A stretch of 63,469 bases of DNA, the filler included. It is 7 parts of 7 records of this genome, joined end to end, with 100 filler letters (N's around TTAATTAATTAA, not from the genome) between each part and the next. Parts side by side here need not be neighbours in the genome. Positions count along the whole stretch, not along the records: positions 1 to 19,325 come from SRR31156797_56689; positions 19,426 to 24,753 come from SRR31156797_56721; 5 more parts are not named here. The stretch is one strand, 5' to 3'. The translations under genes and the position numbers were made by a program. Position 1 is the first letter of the stretch, and every line of letters starts with the position of its first letter. Positions 10,508 to 21,142 of this stretch are shown here, piece after piece. The notes beneath the pieces were generated by a model, which saw nothing but the letters and a program-made list of their open reading frames with translations, ran no database searches and was not told the DNA's origin.

Positions 10508-10568
10508 TATTTGAACGAGAAGTCACCCATCTGAAACGTCGTAGATGGGTGACTTTTCGTCCAAATAC
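10507..10568. repeat. 62-bp near-perfect inverted repeat (26-bp arms); terminator, REP-like or MITE-like
   Basis: GTATTTGAACGAGAAGTCACCCATCT-N10-AGATGGGTGACTTTTCGTCCAAATAC, with one mismatch and one G-T pair. Confidence 0.75.
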
Positions 10569-10634
10569 GGTGGCCACCGCATGAAAAATGGAGAGCATGT
10601 TGAACCAATAAAGAATATAGGGGATTTTCCTGGA

Positions 10635-13600
10635 ATGAAAGTGTTTCAAAGAAGGATACTGTGTTTTACCTGTCTGTGGCTTTGTTTTGTTTTTTTATCC
10701 GGTTCGCCGGTTCCGGCACAGACCAATGTAGGGGCCTTGAAACAGACCTTGAAGCAGGCCATTCAAACCCTGCCCCAGGACTCTCACAAGCTTCAGGAGA
10801 CCTTGTTAAAAACCGGTGAGCAGTTTGAGGCGGCCGGTATTTTTTCCGAGGCCCGCCGTTGTTACCAGTATCTGGATTTTATCTGGGAAAAATTTCCCCC
10901 AACAGACCCGGCCCGACACCCCGCGCTGAAGCAGAAAATCGCGAAACTGAAAAAACGGCAGGATAACCCAGTGTCCGGTACACTGGAGTCGGAAGTCCAG
11001 GATTCCCTGGCTCTTTTCCAGAAAGAGGTCATTCCGGGTAATCCCGTTGAATGCCGGGTGATCCTGAAAGATCCGGATAATGTCTGGGTTACAGTGACCC
11101 CGGCGGACGGCGCCGCTCATCCGGATTTGAAACTGCCCCTGCCCACCCTGTATACGGCAGCCGCCCTGAATGACCGGATCAAGGTGAAGACCCCCAAAAT
11201 TGCCGGCACCTACACCCTCAAGTTTTACAGCAGCCAGGGCCGCCTGCTGTCCCATGAAAACGTTACGGTGCTGCCGGAACCGGCATGGGCTGGAAAACTG
11301 CAAGTGGAAACCCGGGGCATTGCCGGATTTCGCGGAACCTGCCTTATGCCCGGTGAGTCGCTGGACCTGATTGTTCACAACAGCCCGGAGTGGGCCAAAG
11401 GTATTTCCAGTGACCGTCCTTGGATAGGACTGTTCAAAAAGGATGTACCCGATGGGAGCAAAAAATACGTCACTTACTGGTATATCAAAAAGAAGACCGA
11501 ATTTACCCGGGTGACAGCGAAAATCAAGGAACCCGGTGAGTACGAACTACGGATATTTGACAAGGATGGGGATGACCGACAGATCTTGTTGAAAACCGAC
11601 CTGCTGGTGGGTACCCCTATACCCCTTGTTGTTAAGGAGGGCTTTGAAACCAATGGGGAAGCCCTGGTTTTTGACCGAAAGCAGCGGATTAAAATTTCGG
11701 GCGATGCCCTTGTGTCACATCCTGAAACTAAGCCTGATAACTTTTGCCTGCTGCTGCCGGCCTGGTTTATGCCAAAGGATATCCGTCATGGGTTGAACCA
11801 TGCACTGGCTATTGTTAAGGGTATTAATACCCGGGGCGTTGAGATGGAGTTGCCCGATGCCGGGGGTAAATTTCAGATCCTTTTTTATCCTTACTGGCGG
11901 ACGCTGAAATGGAAAACCCTGCCTGAAAAATTGGCTGGCGTGACAGTGAAGCAAAGTGTGGTTCCCAGGCTGGCCTTGGGCGAAACCACCTTTGCGCCTG
12001 GTGCTGTAGTCCATGCCGGTGTCATGGCCGGGGACATTGCCGGGCGCATGACCGTGGGTATCCTGGCGCCTGACTATCTCCAGGTTCGGACGAATAAGGC
12101 CGGCTATGTCATGGAAAAAAAACACCGGCTCTCCCTGGAGCCAAGGCAGCTTGTCAATGGACAGGGATGGGTTGACATAAAAGCCCCCATGGCCCCGGGC
12201 AACTATATTCTGGCCCTTTACGATCACCGGATGCTGCGGGCAGCATTGTCGTTGACTGTTGTGCCAAGGCAGACCCGGGATGCACAGATCATCATACCCA
12301 AAGCTGTTCTGCCCACGGGTGAGACCTTCTATTTTAAAGCCTTTCCGCCGTTAAACGGCATGCCTAAACATGGCTATGCCTCATTTCAAAAAGATGGGAA
12401 GCAGGTGATAAAAAAGAATCTTTATGCTCAGTACATGGACGATCCTTTGTCTGTAACCGCACCCAAAGAGCCGGGAATTTATGATGTCCTTTTTTATGTG
12501 AACGGCATGGAAGATCCCGTGGCCCGCAGCAGTGTGGAGTTTGCTCCACCTGAAACGGTGCCGGTGCCGGGATTTGACACCATGCAGCCGCCCATCTGTC
12601 CGGATGCAATGGCAGCTTTTAAAAATGAGGAGCTGCTGCCCGGAGCCCGGCTGGCAGAGTTTAATATTTTTGGTGATCGGTTTGAGCCGGGTCAACAGAT
12701 CGGTATCAGCTACCGTCTGCCCCCAAAGGTAGCGGCCTGTGTGGTGATGGCCTTAAAGCCAAAGGTGCCCGGCCCGGTCTCAGTGGCCCAGGCCATAAAA
12801 ACATCTGTTATGGTCAAAGAGCTGGATGCCAAAAAAAATACGGTCTTTTTGCCCCCCCAGGAGCCGGGTGATTATACGCTTTTTTTCTATGATACCCTGC
12901 AGTGGGCCAAGGCCGGCCCGCCGACCTTGATCGGTCAAACCGATTTTACGGTAATAGATGCCTTTCATACCCGTGTTGAAATGTCCCAGATCGCCTATGC
13001 AAAGGGAAAGCTGGTGGTAAAATTGCAAATGGAACCCGAATTCGGATTCAGCAAAACATTTAAAGAGGTCTATTTATACCCCGAAAATATAAATACGGTT
13101 TTCAATCTACCCGGTTCATCAGCCAAAGCAAATTTTACCCGGGTGACGGACACGATATTCCATGCGGCCCTGCCCATGGACCTTACCCCGGGGAAATACC
13201 AGGTTAAAATCAGGGGGCTGATAAAAACGTTTCCAATTACATTAACGGCTGTTCCCGAAAAGGCAGCCGGTTCCGCCCGGATTCTTTTGTCCGGGGCAAA
13301 CATCATACCCAGGGGGATGGCTCAAGTTCAGCTTATTCCGGCCGGAACCTGGGGCTCGGATCTGGTTTGGGGGCTTACAGGGACCGACACCCAGGGAAAA
13401 ATTGTGTTTCTATTTGGCCCCAGGCCCATCAAGGGAAATAAGAACCACCTGATCCAGACAGCAGTGACCGCCCCGGCCAGGCCCGGAACCTATCAGCTTC
13501 GATTCTGGCCGGGCACGGGCAAAGAGCCTGTGGATAAACTTCCTTTGGAAACTGTGGTTCAAAACGTTTCCGTGGCACTTGATTCGGCCTATGTTGCAGC

Positions 13601-15920
13601 CCATAAGCCGGACATCAAGCTTCGCGCATATTTTGCCGTGGACGACACTTTGTATGTGAATATGAATACCCAAGGTTCTTTCACCGCATCCATCGGCTAT
13701 GACAAGGACGGCTGGATCGGTTTTTTACCGGGCACCTTTGACACATCATTCGCCACGGCCAAAGAGGCCAAAAAGGCGGCAGTCTGGTCGCTGTCCATGG
13801 GCGGCAGGGATACCGGCAGGTTCGGACTCATGACGCCGGAAGAACCCGGCGAATATATCCTTTGCATGTACGACGGCATGAAAAACGGCCATATCGTGTA
13901 TCAGAAAAATATTACCCTGCGCATCCCGGACATGGCAAAATTAGAAGCGGCCGCCAATGCAAGGGCTGATGCCTTCCTGGAGAGCCTGCCTGATTATGAA
14001 GAAGATACCAAAGCCGCCCGGGAGGCAATCAAACAAAATTATATGGACACCATTGAGGTGCCCGCCGTCACTCCCATTCCCGTTACGCCACAGCTATATG
14101 AATCATTTAAAAACGCAGATACCACCTCGGGCCTGTTCCAGGTACCTGCAAGGATACTGTCGTATATCGGACCCGATGATGTGTGTGCGGCCACGGAAAA
14201 AAAACGCACATGTGAAGATGATCTGGATATGACACTCAATGAGATGCGAAAGGTCAATATTAACTTCGGTGATGGTGTGGATATGAGCCACGTGGTTGGA
14301 GAATTGGCCGTTAAAGTGACCACGGATCTGGCCATCGGAAATAAATACGTGGCCCAGGCCAAGGGATATTATGACAAGTCCGAAGCGCATTACAACAAGG
14401 CCATGAAGCTCAAAACTTCCGTTGAAAAAAACGGCTGGCAGGGAACAGCTAAAAATATGCTGTGGAATTCCACCAAATCCATGCTGGAATCCTGCGCCAC
14501 TTCCACGGCCTGTTTGTCGAGAATGGGCCGAAAAGCCATAGAAGCAAGCTTAAAGGGCTACAACCCCAAAAAAATGACCAAAGCCCAGGTGGCCCAATGG
14601 AAAAAAGAGAACGCCGCCATGGTGATCCTGCTCACACCCGAGGAATTGAAATCCCTTGAGGAGAAGACCCTGAAATACACCGCCCTGGCCGGCGAGTTGG
14701 CCGCAGCCCCTAATCCTCCGGCCAAGGCCTATGAGATGGCCAAAGCCGCAGCTATTAATACGCTGAAAACATCCACCATGGCTGCCGTGGAGAAATTGCC
14801 CGGATGGAAATTTGTCAAGGCGTATTACGAAACCCTCAATGTTTTAAAAGGCGCGTTGATCAATGACCAGACTGTTACATTCATGAATAAGTACAGGCAA
14901 CTGCGTGACGAAGGCAGCACCATTCCCCAGATTAACGACATCCTGGGCAGTGAAGGGGCCCATCACATGCGCACCGCTTTAAAGGAGCGCATCAGAGCCA
15001 ACCCCAAGGCCTACAAAAAATATTTAACACAAGCCAACTGGGCACGTGTTAAAGACGGCAAGACCATTGATTTGAGCGATGGCGAAGCGGATAGGGTGGT
15101 CATGGAGACCATGGAGCACTGGTACCGGCAGGAAAAGGCGGACCGTAAAATGGACGGATTTTACGATGATATGAAAGATGCCTTTTATAAAACCAAGTGC
15201 GGGGACAAGTTCTATGAGGCCCAGTTCAAGGATGACAGTATTTTTGATGCGGTGAAAAAAGCCACCTCCCATGTGGGGGGCAAGGTATATGGGCTTGCCT
15301 CAGGGAAACAAAGCTACTCCTCCATTTACTGTACCCGAAAGGCCCTGGCCTTTAAAAGTTATCTGGATCTTCGTTCCCAGGTGATGCAGCAGATGGCCGG
15401 ATGGACCGGCAAAGCCCCTGCCTGCAGAATGGGTACCCGGGAGAATTTGAGAATGCAGGATGAGCTGATTTGTGCGGCATTGTCCCAGCCGGAACTGTAC
15501 AAAAAGATGATGGCCGGAAATGCTGAAGCCTGCGGGGTGTTGCCTAAGCCCCTGCCGGCTAAAATTACATCCAAAGCCAAGGTCAAAACGCTGACGGACG
15601 AGTCCACCCGGGCCCTGGTAAAAGCGCTGGCACGCAGCGGCAATGAAGATGTCAACAAGTGCCTGTGTAACCGGCACTCTATTATGGGCTCCGGCTGCAG
15701 CTATCACCCCAAACCCACCAAAGGAAGGAGTCCTGCCTGCGACAAGGGCGGACCTGTCTGTATTCAGGGTAACTGGGGCTGTACCCGGCTGAACCCGGCC
15801 ACGGATGCGGCAAGCCTTAAAGCCTGCCGGGCAGGCAAGGCGCTCAGTGAGTGGAAGCGTAAGGATAATGAGGCGTATAAGAAATGGCTGGAGGAGCGCA
15901 AAAAGGGCGCCTTCAAATAG
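10635..15920 (+). CDS. Giant secreted protein with about nine Ig-like repeats, a helical region and a Cys-rich C-terminus
   Basis: Signal peptide from MKVFQRRILCF. A PxxPGxYxL-type motif recurs (KEPGEYELR, MAPGNYIL, KEPGIYDV, QEPGDYTL, ARPGTYQL, EEPGEYIL). Tail CLCNRH...GCSYHP...C...CIQGNWGC. Confidence 0.7.
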   Translation: MKVFQRRILCFTCLWLCFVFLSGSPVPAQTNVGALKQTLKQAIQTLPQDSHKLQETLLKTGEQFEAAGIFSEARRCYQYLDFIWEKFPPTDPARHPALKQKIAKLKKRQDNPVSGTLESEVQDSLALFQKEVIPGNPVECRVILKDPDNVWVTVTPADGAAHPDLKLPLPTLYTAAALNDRIKVKTPKIAGTYTLKFYSSQGRLLSHENVTVLPEPAWAGKLQVETRGIAGFRGTCLMPGESLDLIVHNSPEWAKGISSDRPWIGLFKKDVPDGSKKYVTYWYIKKKTEFTRVTAKIKEPGEYELRIFDKDGDDRQILLKTDLLVGTPIPLVVKEGFETNGEALVFDRKQRIKISGDALVSHPETKPDNFCLLLPAWFMPKDIRHGLNHALAIVKGINTRGVEMELPDAGGKFQILFYPYWRTLKWKTLPEKLAGVTVKQSVVPRLALGETTFAPGAVVHAGVMAGDIAGRMTVGILAPDYLQVRTNKAGYVMEKKHRLSLEPRQLVNGQGWVDIKAPMAPGNYILALYDHRMLRAALSLTVVPRQTRDAQIIIPKAVLPTGETFYFKAFPPLNGMPKHGYASFQKDGKQVIKKNLYAQYMDDPLSVTAPKEPGIYDVLFYVNGMEDPVARSSVEFAPPETVPVPGFDTMQPPICPDAMAAFKNEELLPGARLAEFNIFGDRFEPGQQIGISYRLPPKVAACVVMALKPKVPGPVSVAQAIKTSVMVKELDAKKNTVFLPPQEPGDYTLFFYDTLQWAKAGPPTLIGQTDFTVIDAFHTRVEMSQIAYAKGKLVVKLQMEPEFGFSKTFKEVYLYPENINTVFNLPGSSAKANFTRVTDTIFHAALPMDLTPGKYQVKIRGLIKTFPITLTAVPEKAAGSARILLSGANIIPRGMAQVQLIPAGTWGSDLVWGLTGTDTQGKIVFLFGPRPIKGNKNHLIQTAVTAPARPGTYQLRFWPGTGKEPVDKLPLETVVQNVSVALDSAYVAAHKPDIKLRAYFAVDDTLYVNMNTQGSFTASIGYDKDGWIGFLPGTFDTSFATAKEAKKAAVWSLSMGGRDTGRFGLMTPEEPGEYILCMYDGMKNGHIVYQKNITLRIPDMAKLEAAANARADAFLESLPDYEEDTKAAREAIKQNYMDTIEVPAVTPIPVTPQLYESFKNADTTSGLFQVPARILSYIGPDDVCAATEKKRTCEDDLDMTLNEMRKVNINFGDGVDMSHVVGELAVKVTTDLAIGNKYVAQAKGYYDKSEAHYNKAMKLKTSVEKNGWQGTAKNMLWNSTKSMLESCATSTACLSRMGRKAIEASLKGYNPKKMTKAQVAQWKKENAAMVILLTPEELKSLEEKTLKYTALAGELAAAPNPPAKAYEMAKAAAINTLKTSTMAAVEKLPGWKFVKAYYETLNVLKGALINDQTVTFMNKYRQLRDEGSTIPQINDILGSEGAHHMRTALKERIRANPKAYKKYLTQANWARVKDGKTIDLSDGEADRVVMETMEHWYRQEKADRKMDGFYDDMKDAFYKTKCGDKFYEAQFKDDSIFDAVKKATSHVGGKVYGLASGKQSYSSIYCTRKALAFKSYLDLRSQVMQQMAGWTGKAPACRMGTRENLRMQDELICAALSQPELYKKMMAGNAEACGVLPKPLPAKITSKAKVKTLTDESTRALVKALARSGNEDVNKCLCNRHSIMGSGCSYHPKPTKGRSPACDKGGPVCIQGNWGCTRLNPATDAASLKACRAGKALSEWKRKDNEAYKKWLEERKKGAFK

Positions 15921-15940
15921 TGGAGGACAAATAGGGTGTT

Positions 15941-17884
15941 ATGAAACAGGTGACCGGCAAGGTGATGAAAAATAGCGTCAATGGTTCCGGGTGGCTTTTA
16001 AGCTGCCTGGTGCTGGGGATGCCGGTATTTTTTTTGCTGATTGGTACTGTTTCTGAGGCAGAACAGTTCCAGAATCAGGCTAATGGTTCCGGGGCCTGGC
16101 CGAAAATTATCAATATTATTCAAGTTGCAGCGGATCCGTCCGGCACCGTGTTTGTTCTCACCGAAGATAAAAGCGGCCTGTTTTGCAGCCGGGATAACGG
16201 CAGGCACTGGAAACAGGTTGCGCTTCCCAAAGACTTGGGGCTTTATTCGTTGAGCCGGAACAATGCCGGTCAGCTTTACCTTTGTACCAGTCATGGGATA
16301 TTTGTATCCAAAGACGCTGGTAACTCCTGGAAAAAGACGGACAAATCCCGGGCCGCCTTTCTGGTGTTCAGCCCGGACAACCGGGAATATCTGGTGAAAA
16401 TTTGGGGCCAGGGCCTTTATTTCAGATCCGCCACAGAAGGTAAGACCGCCCGGATGAAGCAGACCCCTGGACTGCCGGGGGTACCGGTACAGACTGCTGT
16501 GTTCGGCCCCGGCAATGTACCTTGGGCCGGGGTTTTCGGCAAAGGGGTGTTCTAACTGAACCGCAACACTGAAAGGTGGGAAGCAAAAAATTCAGGGCTT
16601 GGTAATTTGAAGGTGCTTGTGCTTGCAAAATCCCCGGGTGGGACGTTGTTTGCCGGTACCTATGGCGGGGGGCTTTACCGGTGGCAGTCGAATCAGGCAG
16701 CCTGGCAGGCGCTGGATTTGGGATTTTTGCCGGCAGTGGTGCAGTCCCTGGCATTTGACCCCAATGGAGCGATTTATGCCGGTACCCTGGCCCGGGGCAT
16801 TTTTTATTCCCAGGATCAAGGCAAAACCTTCCAGCAGGCAGGCCAGGAATTAAATCTGAAAAATATCACAACCCTTGCCGTGACAGCGGATAGGCATTTA
16901 CTGGCCGGTGTATACGCAAACAACCTGTATGCGCTGGATACCAAAAAACGCAGAGAGACTGAACCCGGCAATCCCATGGAAGCCTTCCAGCCTGTATTTT
17001 TTGCTTATACCACAAAAGTGCAGCAAGTTGCCATGACGAACAACGGAATCTGGTATGCAGCGGTAAAAGGGCTGCCGGGAATTATGGTAAGCACAAGTTT
17101 TGGTCGGCGCTGGACACCGGTCAAACTGCCTTTTAAAACAGATAAAAAATTTCATTTTATTACCCGGGGCGAGGCGCTTATTGTTGGTAGCCTGGATCAT
17201 GTGCCCATGATCCGTCACGATCAGGAACAAACCTGGCAGAAAATGGCTTCCGGCCTGCCCGACGATAGCGCTTATCCGGGGGTCCGGCAGTTTGACCAGG
17301 ACCAGGACGGCACCATATATACGATCAGCGGGGCAGCCCAGGGGCTTTTTCGTCTGACATCCGGTGATACCTGGGAGAAAATTACAGTTAAGACCGAAAC
17401 GCATTCCAACCCGGACATTTTCAGCATGATCCTCTGCCCGGAGAACCGGGCCGTGATTTCAGGGTTTGGGCAGATATGGATAACCAAGGAGAAGTTTTCT
17501 TCCTGGCGCAGCTACGGTTTTGGGCAAACCGAAAAGGCAACATATGTCGATGCTCACATGACCATCTGGTCTAAACGCATGCTTTCCACCTTTTTTTTGC
17601 CCCAGGACAGCGACCAATGGAAAATTGCCCAGAAAATTCCATCTACTCTGTACCATGATTTTGTTCATATCCGGGAAGATTATTTTCTGGCCCTTTTCCC
17701 GGGCAAGGGCATTGATCTGGTCCACTGGACGGGCAGGGATTTCAAGGTGTACCACCGTCTGCTTCCGAATCATGTTGTCCGGTCCGCCGCTGCCGGAGGC
17801 AGTGCAATACTGGCGGCCACAGACGACGGTGTTTTTTATTCCGGCGATTCCGGCATAACGTTCAAACCGGCAGGGTTTCAATGA
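15941..17884 (+). pseudogene. BNR/Ycf48-like beta-propeller protein interrupted by an in-frame TAA (16553-16555)
   Basis: ORFs 15941-16555 and 16607-17884 share one frame and read GVF*LNRNTERWEAKNSGLGNLKV. Asp-box motifs SRDNGRHW, SKDAGNSW, SQDQGKTF and SGDSGITF occur on both sides of the stop. Confidence 0.75.
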
Positions 17885-17918
17885 TCCGATAATTTTTGCC
17901 CAAAGGAGGCAACTACTT

Positions 17919-19214
17919 ATGCGCGTTCTGATCCATACATTCATTGTAAGTCTGCTGTTTGTTCTCGGAATCGCTTTTTTCTGGTGTCCGGCACAGGCGG
18001 TGTTCTCCTTTACACCGGTAAACTGGGCTGTGTTGTATGAAAAGGCCCATCCAGCCGCTAATAAAACGAAGTTCCCGTGGAGTCCCAGTGAACGGATGCG
18101 TGAGTTTCTGCGGAGAAACACCATCGGTCACCAGCCATTTACCGCATTTATCAGTGCAAAACTGAACGATAAAGAAATCACGACACGGGATGAGGCCTGG
18201 ATTCAATGGAAAACCCTTCATTTTTCAGTTACCGGACCTGCACAGGCAGAATCGAAGCCGGTCTTTATGGCGGCTGATGATCCCATGGCCGAACCGCTTG
18301 TTCTCAATTACGGCTATGTCACCATCCTGGATAAAAATATGGATACCTTTGTTTATACCCGGCTTTCTCCAAACGATCAGTACAGCATGGGAATCCCTTC
18401 AGCCATACACTATCCGTTTCGTATGGCTGCCACAGGCTTTATGGCCGGTGCCCTGATCCTTGGCTTCCTGCATCCCAAATCCCTTGGACCGGTCATGGCA
18501 TCGACGCCAGGCAAAGGCGCCCGGGTGTTTCTGTTTATCCTGGCACTGGGTACTGTGGGCACAGCACTTCCCTGGATTTACGGATTTACAAAAAGCACGC
18601 TTTACGGAATTTCGGTACTGGGTGGTTTTGTATTTATGCTGGGGGCCATTGGGGCATTTCTGTTCGGCCGGGAATCCGTTTTGACCCACCGGCTGCTTCA
18701 GGGGCAGGGGCTTGTGGCCCACTGGACATACACGGATAAAGAGTGGCAGGCGTTCACTCAGTGGGCCGTTCAGGAGGAAAAAAAACAAGGGCTGATCGGT
18801 CTTGGGCTTATTAGCCTAATGTGTTTGGCCATTGCGGGCGGATTCTGGGCATTCCACCCCGACACAGGCGGTGCCGCCGCCTGTGTCGTGATTGCAGGCC
18901 TCACAGGATTGATTTGGATTATTGCAGGCGTTAATGTCTTTTTTAAACACAAAAAAAATAAGAAAGGGCCCGGAGCGGTCTATATCGGCGAAAAAATAGT
19001 CTACATCAATGGCAGCGTGGTCTCCTGGGGTTTTCTGGGCAGTCGTCTGGAATCCATGACCTTGCAGACAGATCCGGTGCCTGTAATCACCTTGGTTGTC
19101 TCTGTGATTATGATGGCCGGCCGCACCTTTTTTTTTTCCGGAATAACTATACATATCAGATCCCTGTTCCCAAAGGTCGGATTAAAGAGGCAAAGCAAGT
19201 TATTAAAAAATTAA
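17919..19214 (+). CDS. Multi-pass membrane protein; possible frameshift near the C-terminus at a T10 tract
   Basis: AGGAGG RBS and several hydrophobic segments. T10 run at 19128-19137. Confidence 0.65.
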   Translation: MRVLIHTFIVSLLFVLGIAFFWCPAQAVFSFTPVNWAVLYEKAHPAANKTKFPWSPSERMREFLRRNTIGHQPFTAFISAKLNDKEITTRDEAWIQWKTLHFSVTGPAQAESKPVFMAADDPMAEPLVLNYGYVTILDKNMDTFVYTRLSPNDQYSMGIPSAIHYPFRMAATGFMAGALILGFLHPKSLGPVMASTPGKGARVFLFILALGTVGTALPWIYGFTKSTLYGISVLGGFVFMLGAIGAFLFGRESVLTHRLLQGQGLVAHWTYTDKEWQAFTQWAVQEEKKQGLIGLGLISLMCLAIAGGFWAFHPDTGGAAACVVIAGLTGLIWIIAGVNVFFKHKKNKKGPGAVYIGEKIVYINGSVVSWGFLGSRLESMTLQTDPVPVITLVVSVIMMAGRTFFFSGITIHIRSLFPKVGLKRQSKLLKN

Positions 19215-19269
19215 CAAAAAATAAAGTCAGTGAGCGAACCGGAATTTTTTATAAGCGGTCAATACGACG

Positions 19270-19294
19270 TCTGATGCCCGGGAAGGGCATCAGA
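19270..19294 (+). terminator. Stem-loop after the operon
   Basis: TCTGATGCCC-GGGAA-GGGCATCAGA, a 10-bp perfect stem with no clear U-tract. Confidence 0.45.
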
Positions 19295-19325
19295 AAGCAC
19301 GGGAGGTCTCCTTGATCATGGGATG

Positions 19326-19425
19326 NNNNNNNNNNNNNNNNNNNNNNNNNNNNNNNNNNNNNNNNNNNNTTAATTAATTAANNNNNNNNNNNNNNNNNNN
19401 NNNNNNNNNNNNNNNNNNNNNNNNN
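19326..19425. other. Artificial contig spacer
   Basis: N44-TTAATTAATTAA-N44 (stop codons in all six frames). Confidence 0.98.
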
Positions 19426-20054
19426 ATGGTCTTTTGCTTAATGAAGATGTTTCCCGGCGGCTGATAAGATCAGGTCTGACCCGGATAATGATAAGCATTG
19501 ACGCGGCCGATAAGGACACATACGAGCAAATAAGGGTCGGATCGGATTTTGAGCTGGTTTGCGAAAACGTAAGGCGCTTTGTGCGACTGCGCAATGAAAT
19601 GGGTTCGCGCCTGCCCATTGTGCGGGTAAGTTTTTGCGTAACCAGCATCAATGAACACGAGCTTGATGAATTCATAAAAACCTGGGCTCATATCGTGGAT
19701 TTTTTTTCCATTCAACACTACGGCAATACTTTTGAAGGTAAAAGGGCCGAGGAAAGAAAGCGGCTTTTTCCAAAGAACTACGGGTATAACCCGGATTCGG
19801 ATTTAAAATGCGCTCAACCCTGGAAAAGGCTGATGATCAGGCATAACGGGGATGTCATCCCCTGCTGTGATGTTTCCGGATTGCCCCTGGTAATGGGGAA
19901 TATTTATTCAGAGAACATTGAGGACATATGGGCGGGAGAAAAGATAAGGCGGCTAAGAAGATTGCATGTGGAAGGCAAAGCGTTTGAAAACCCGGTCTGC
20001 AGGGTTTGTATGACCAAGTGGGGATCGGAACGCATTAGCGGGATGGAGGCGTAA
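19426..20054 (+). CDS. Radical SAM protein with SPASM/twitch domain (5' partial)
   Basis: (N)GLLL, ISIDA...YEQIR, CAQPW...GDVIPCC...CRVC. Truncated by the contig edge. Confidence 0.85.
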
Positions 20055-20062
20055 AGGCGACC

Positions 20063-21142
20063 ATGGACGCTCCGCCAGTGATATTGGACAACAGCAGGTT
20101 CAACCTGGTTCATAGGGAGCCCAACGGACAGGTTCAACTTGTGGAGCGGGAACATTGCTTCCAGCAAGCCATGACCAAACATTTCGGCCAAAGGTTTCTT
20201 GAATACCGGGAAAAGTGGGCTTTGTCTTCCAGGTATGAATTATTGCCGGAATTTCCCCTGAGCCTTGATTTTGAATCCAATGCTTCCTGCAACCTGTCCT
20301 GCATCATGTGTGTGATGGGATCGGCCGGTTACAAAAATAAAATGGCTGCCGAACCGATAATGAGCCGGGAGTTATACGGCCGGATTATGGAAGAAGCCGG
20401 GGACAACGGGTTGCCGGCCATGACATTCGGGTTTTTGAGCGAGCCGCTTTTAAGAAAGGACTTGCCGGAAATGATCGCCCTGGCCAGAGAAGCCGGTGTG
20501 ATGGATATAAGGTTGGGCACGAACGGAATGCTGCTCGCCAAGGCCGTGAGCAGGGACCTGATTGATTGCGGACTGACCAGGCTTGAAGTTTCTGTTGATG
20601 CATTTAAGCCGGAGACATACGGACGGATTCGCCGGGGCGGACGGTTGGAAACGGTTGTGGAAAATGTTTTGAATTTTTTGGAAGCCAGGGAGAAGCTGGG
20701 CGCCGACTTTCCGGTTTTGCGTTTGAGCTTTTTAAAGCTGCCGTTTAACGAACGGGAACTTGATGATTTCATGGAATTTTGGGCTGAAAAGGCTGATCTC
20801 TTTTCCATTCAGGAGCCCATATATTTTGAAGAGGCGCCCATTAGCCGGGAACTGGATTTTATTAAACATGAAATAGGGGACCGTTATGAATGCGCCCAGC
20901 CGTGGCAACGGATGATAGTCCGCTCCAACGGCGACGTCCTGCCCTGCTGTTCCATTTACGGTATGGAATTAAAGGGCGGGTCGTTTAAGGAAAAATCAAT
21001 AAAAGAATTATGGAAAGGCGAATTCATGTCCGGGTTGCGCCTGATGCATAAAAGCGGACGGTATGAAGAAAACAGGATTTGCCGGCATTGCGCGGAGCGG
21101 TCAAGGCTTAAAGGTTTTATTCCGGAGGTCGGCGTACAATGA
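20063..21142 (+). CDS. Radical SAM/SPASM-twitch protein
   Basis: CNLSCIMC (CX3CX2C), SEPLL, TNG, CAQPW...PCC...CRHC. Confidence 0.9.
   Translation: MDAPPVILDNSRFNLVHREPNGQVQLVEREHCFQQAMTKHFGQRFLEYREKWALSSRYELLPEFPLSLDFESNASCNLSCIMCVMGSAGYKNKMAAEPIMSRELYGRIMEEAGDNGLPAMTFGFLSEPLLRKDLPEMIALAREAGVMDIRLGTNGMLLAKAVSRDLIDCGLTRLEVSVDAFKPETYGRIRRGGRLETVVENVLNFLEAREKLGADFPVLRLSFLKLPFNERELDDFMEFWAEKADLFSIQEPIYFEEAPISRELDFIKHEIGDRYECAQPWQRMIVRSNGDVLPCCSIYGMELKGGSFKEKSIKELWKGEFMSGLRLMHKSGRYEENRICRHCAERSRLKGFIPEVGVQ

Noticed and set aside
19370-19381. Recurring TTAATTAATTAA palindrome as a biological repeat
   Set aside because: Always flanked by N44, so it is an artificial six-frame-stop linker.
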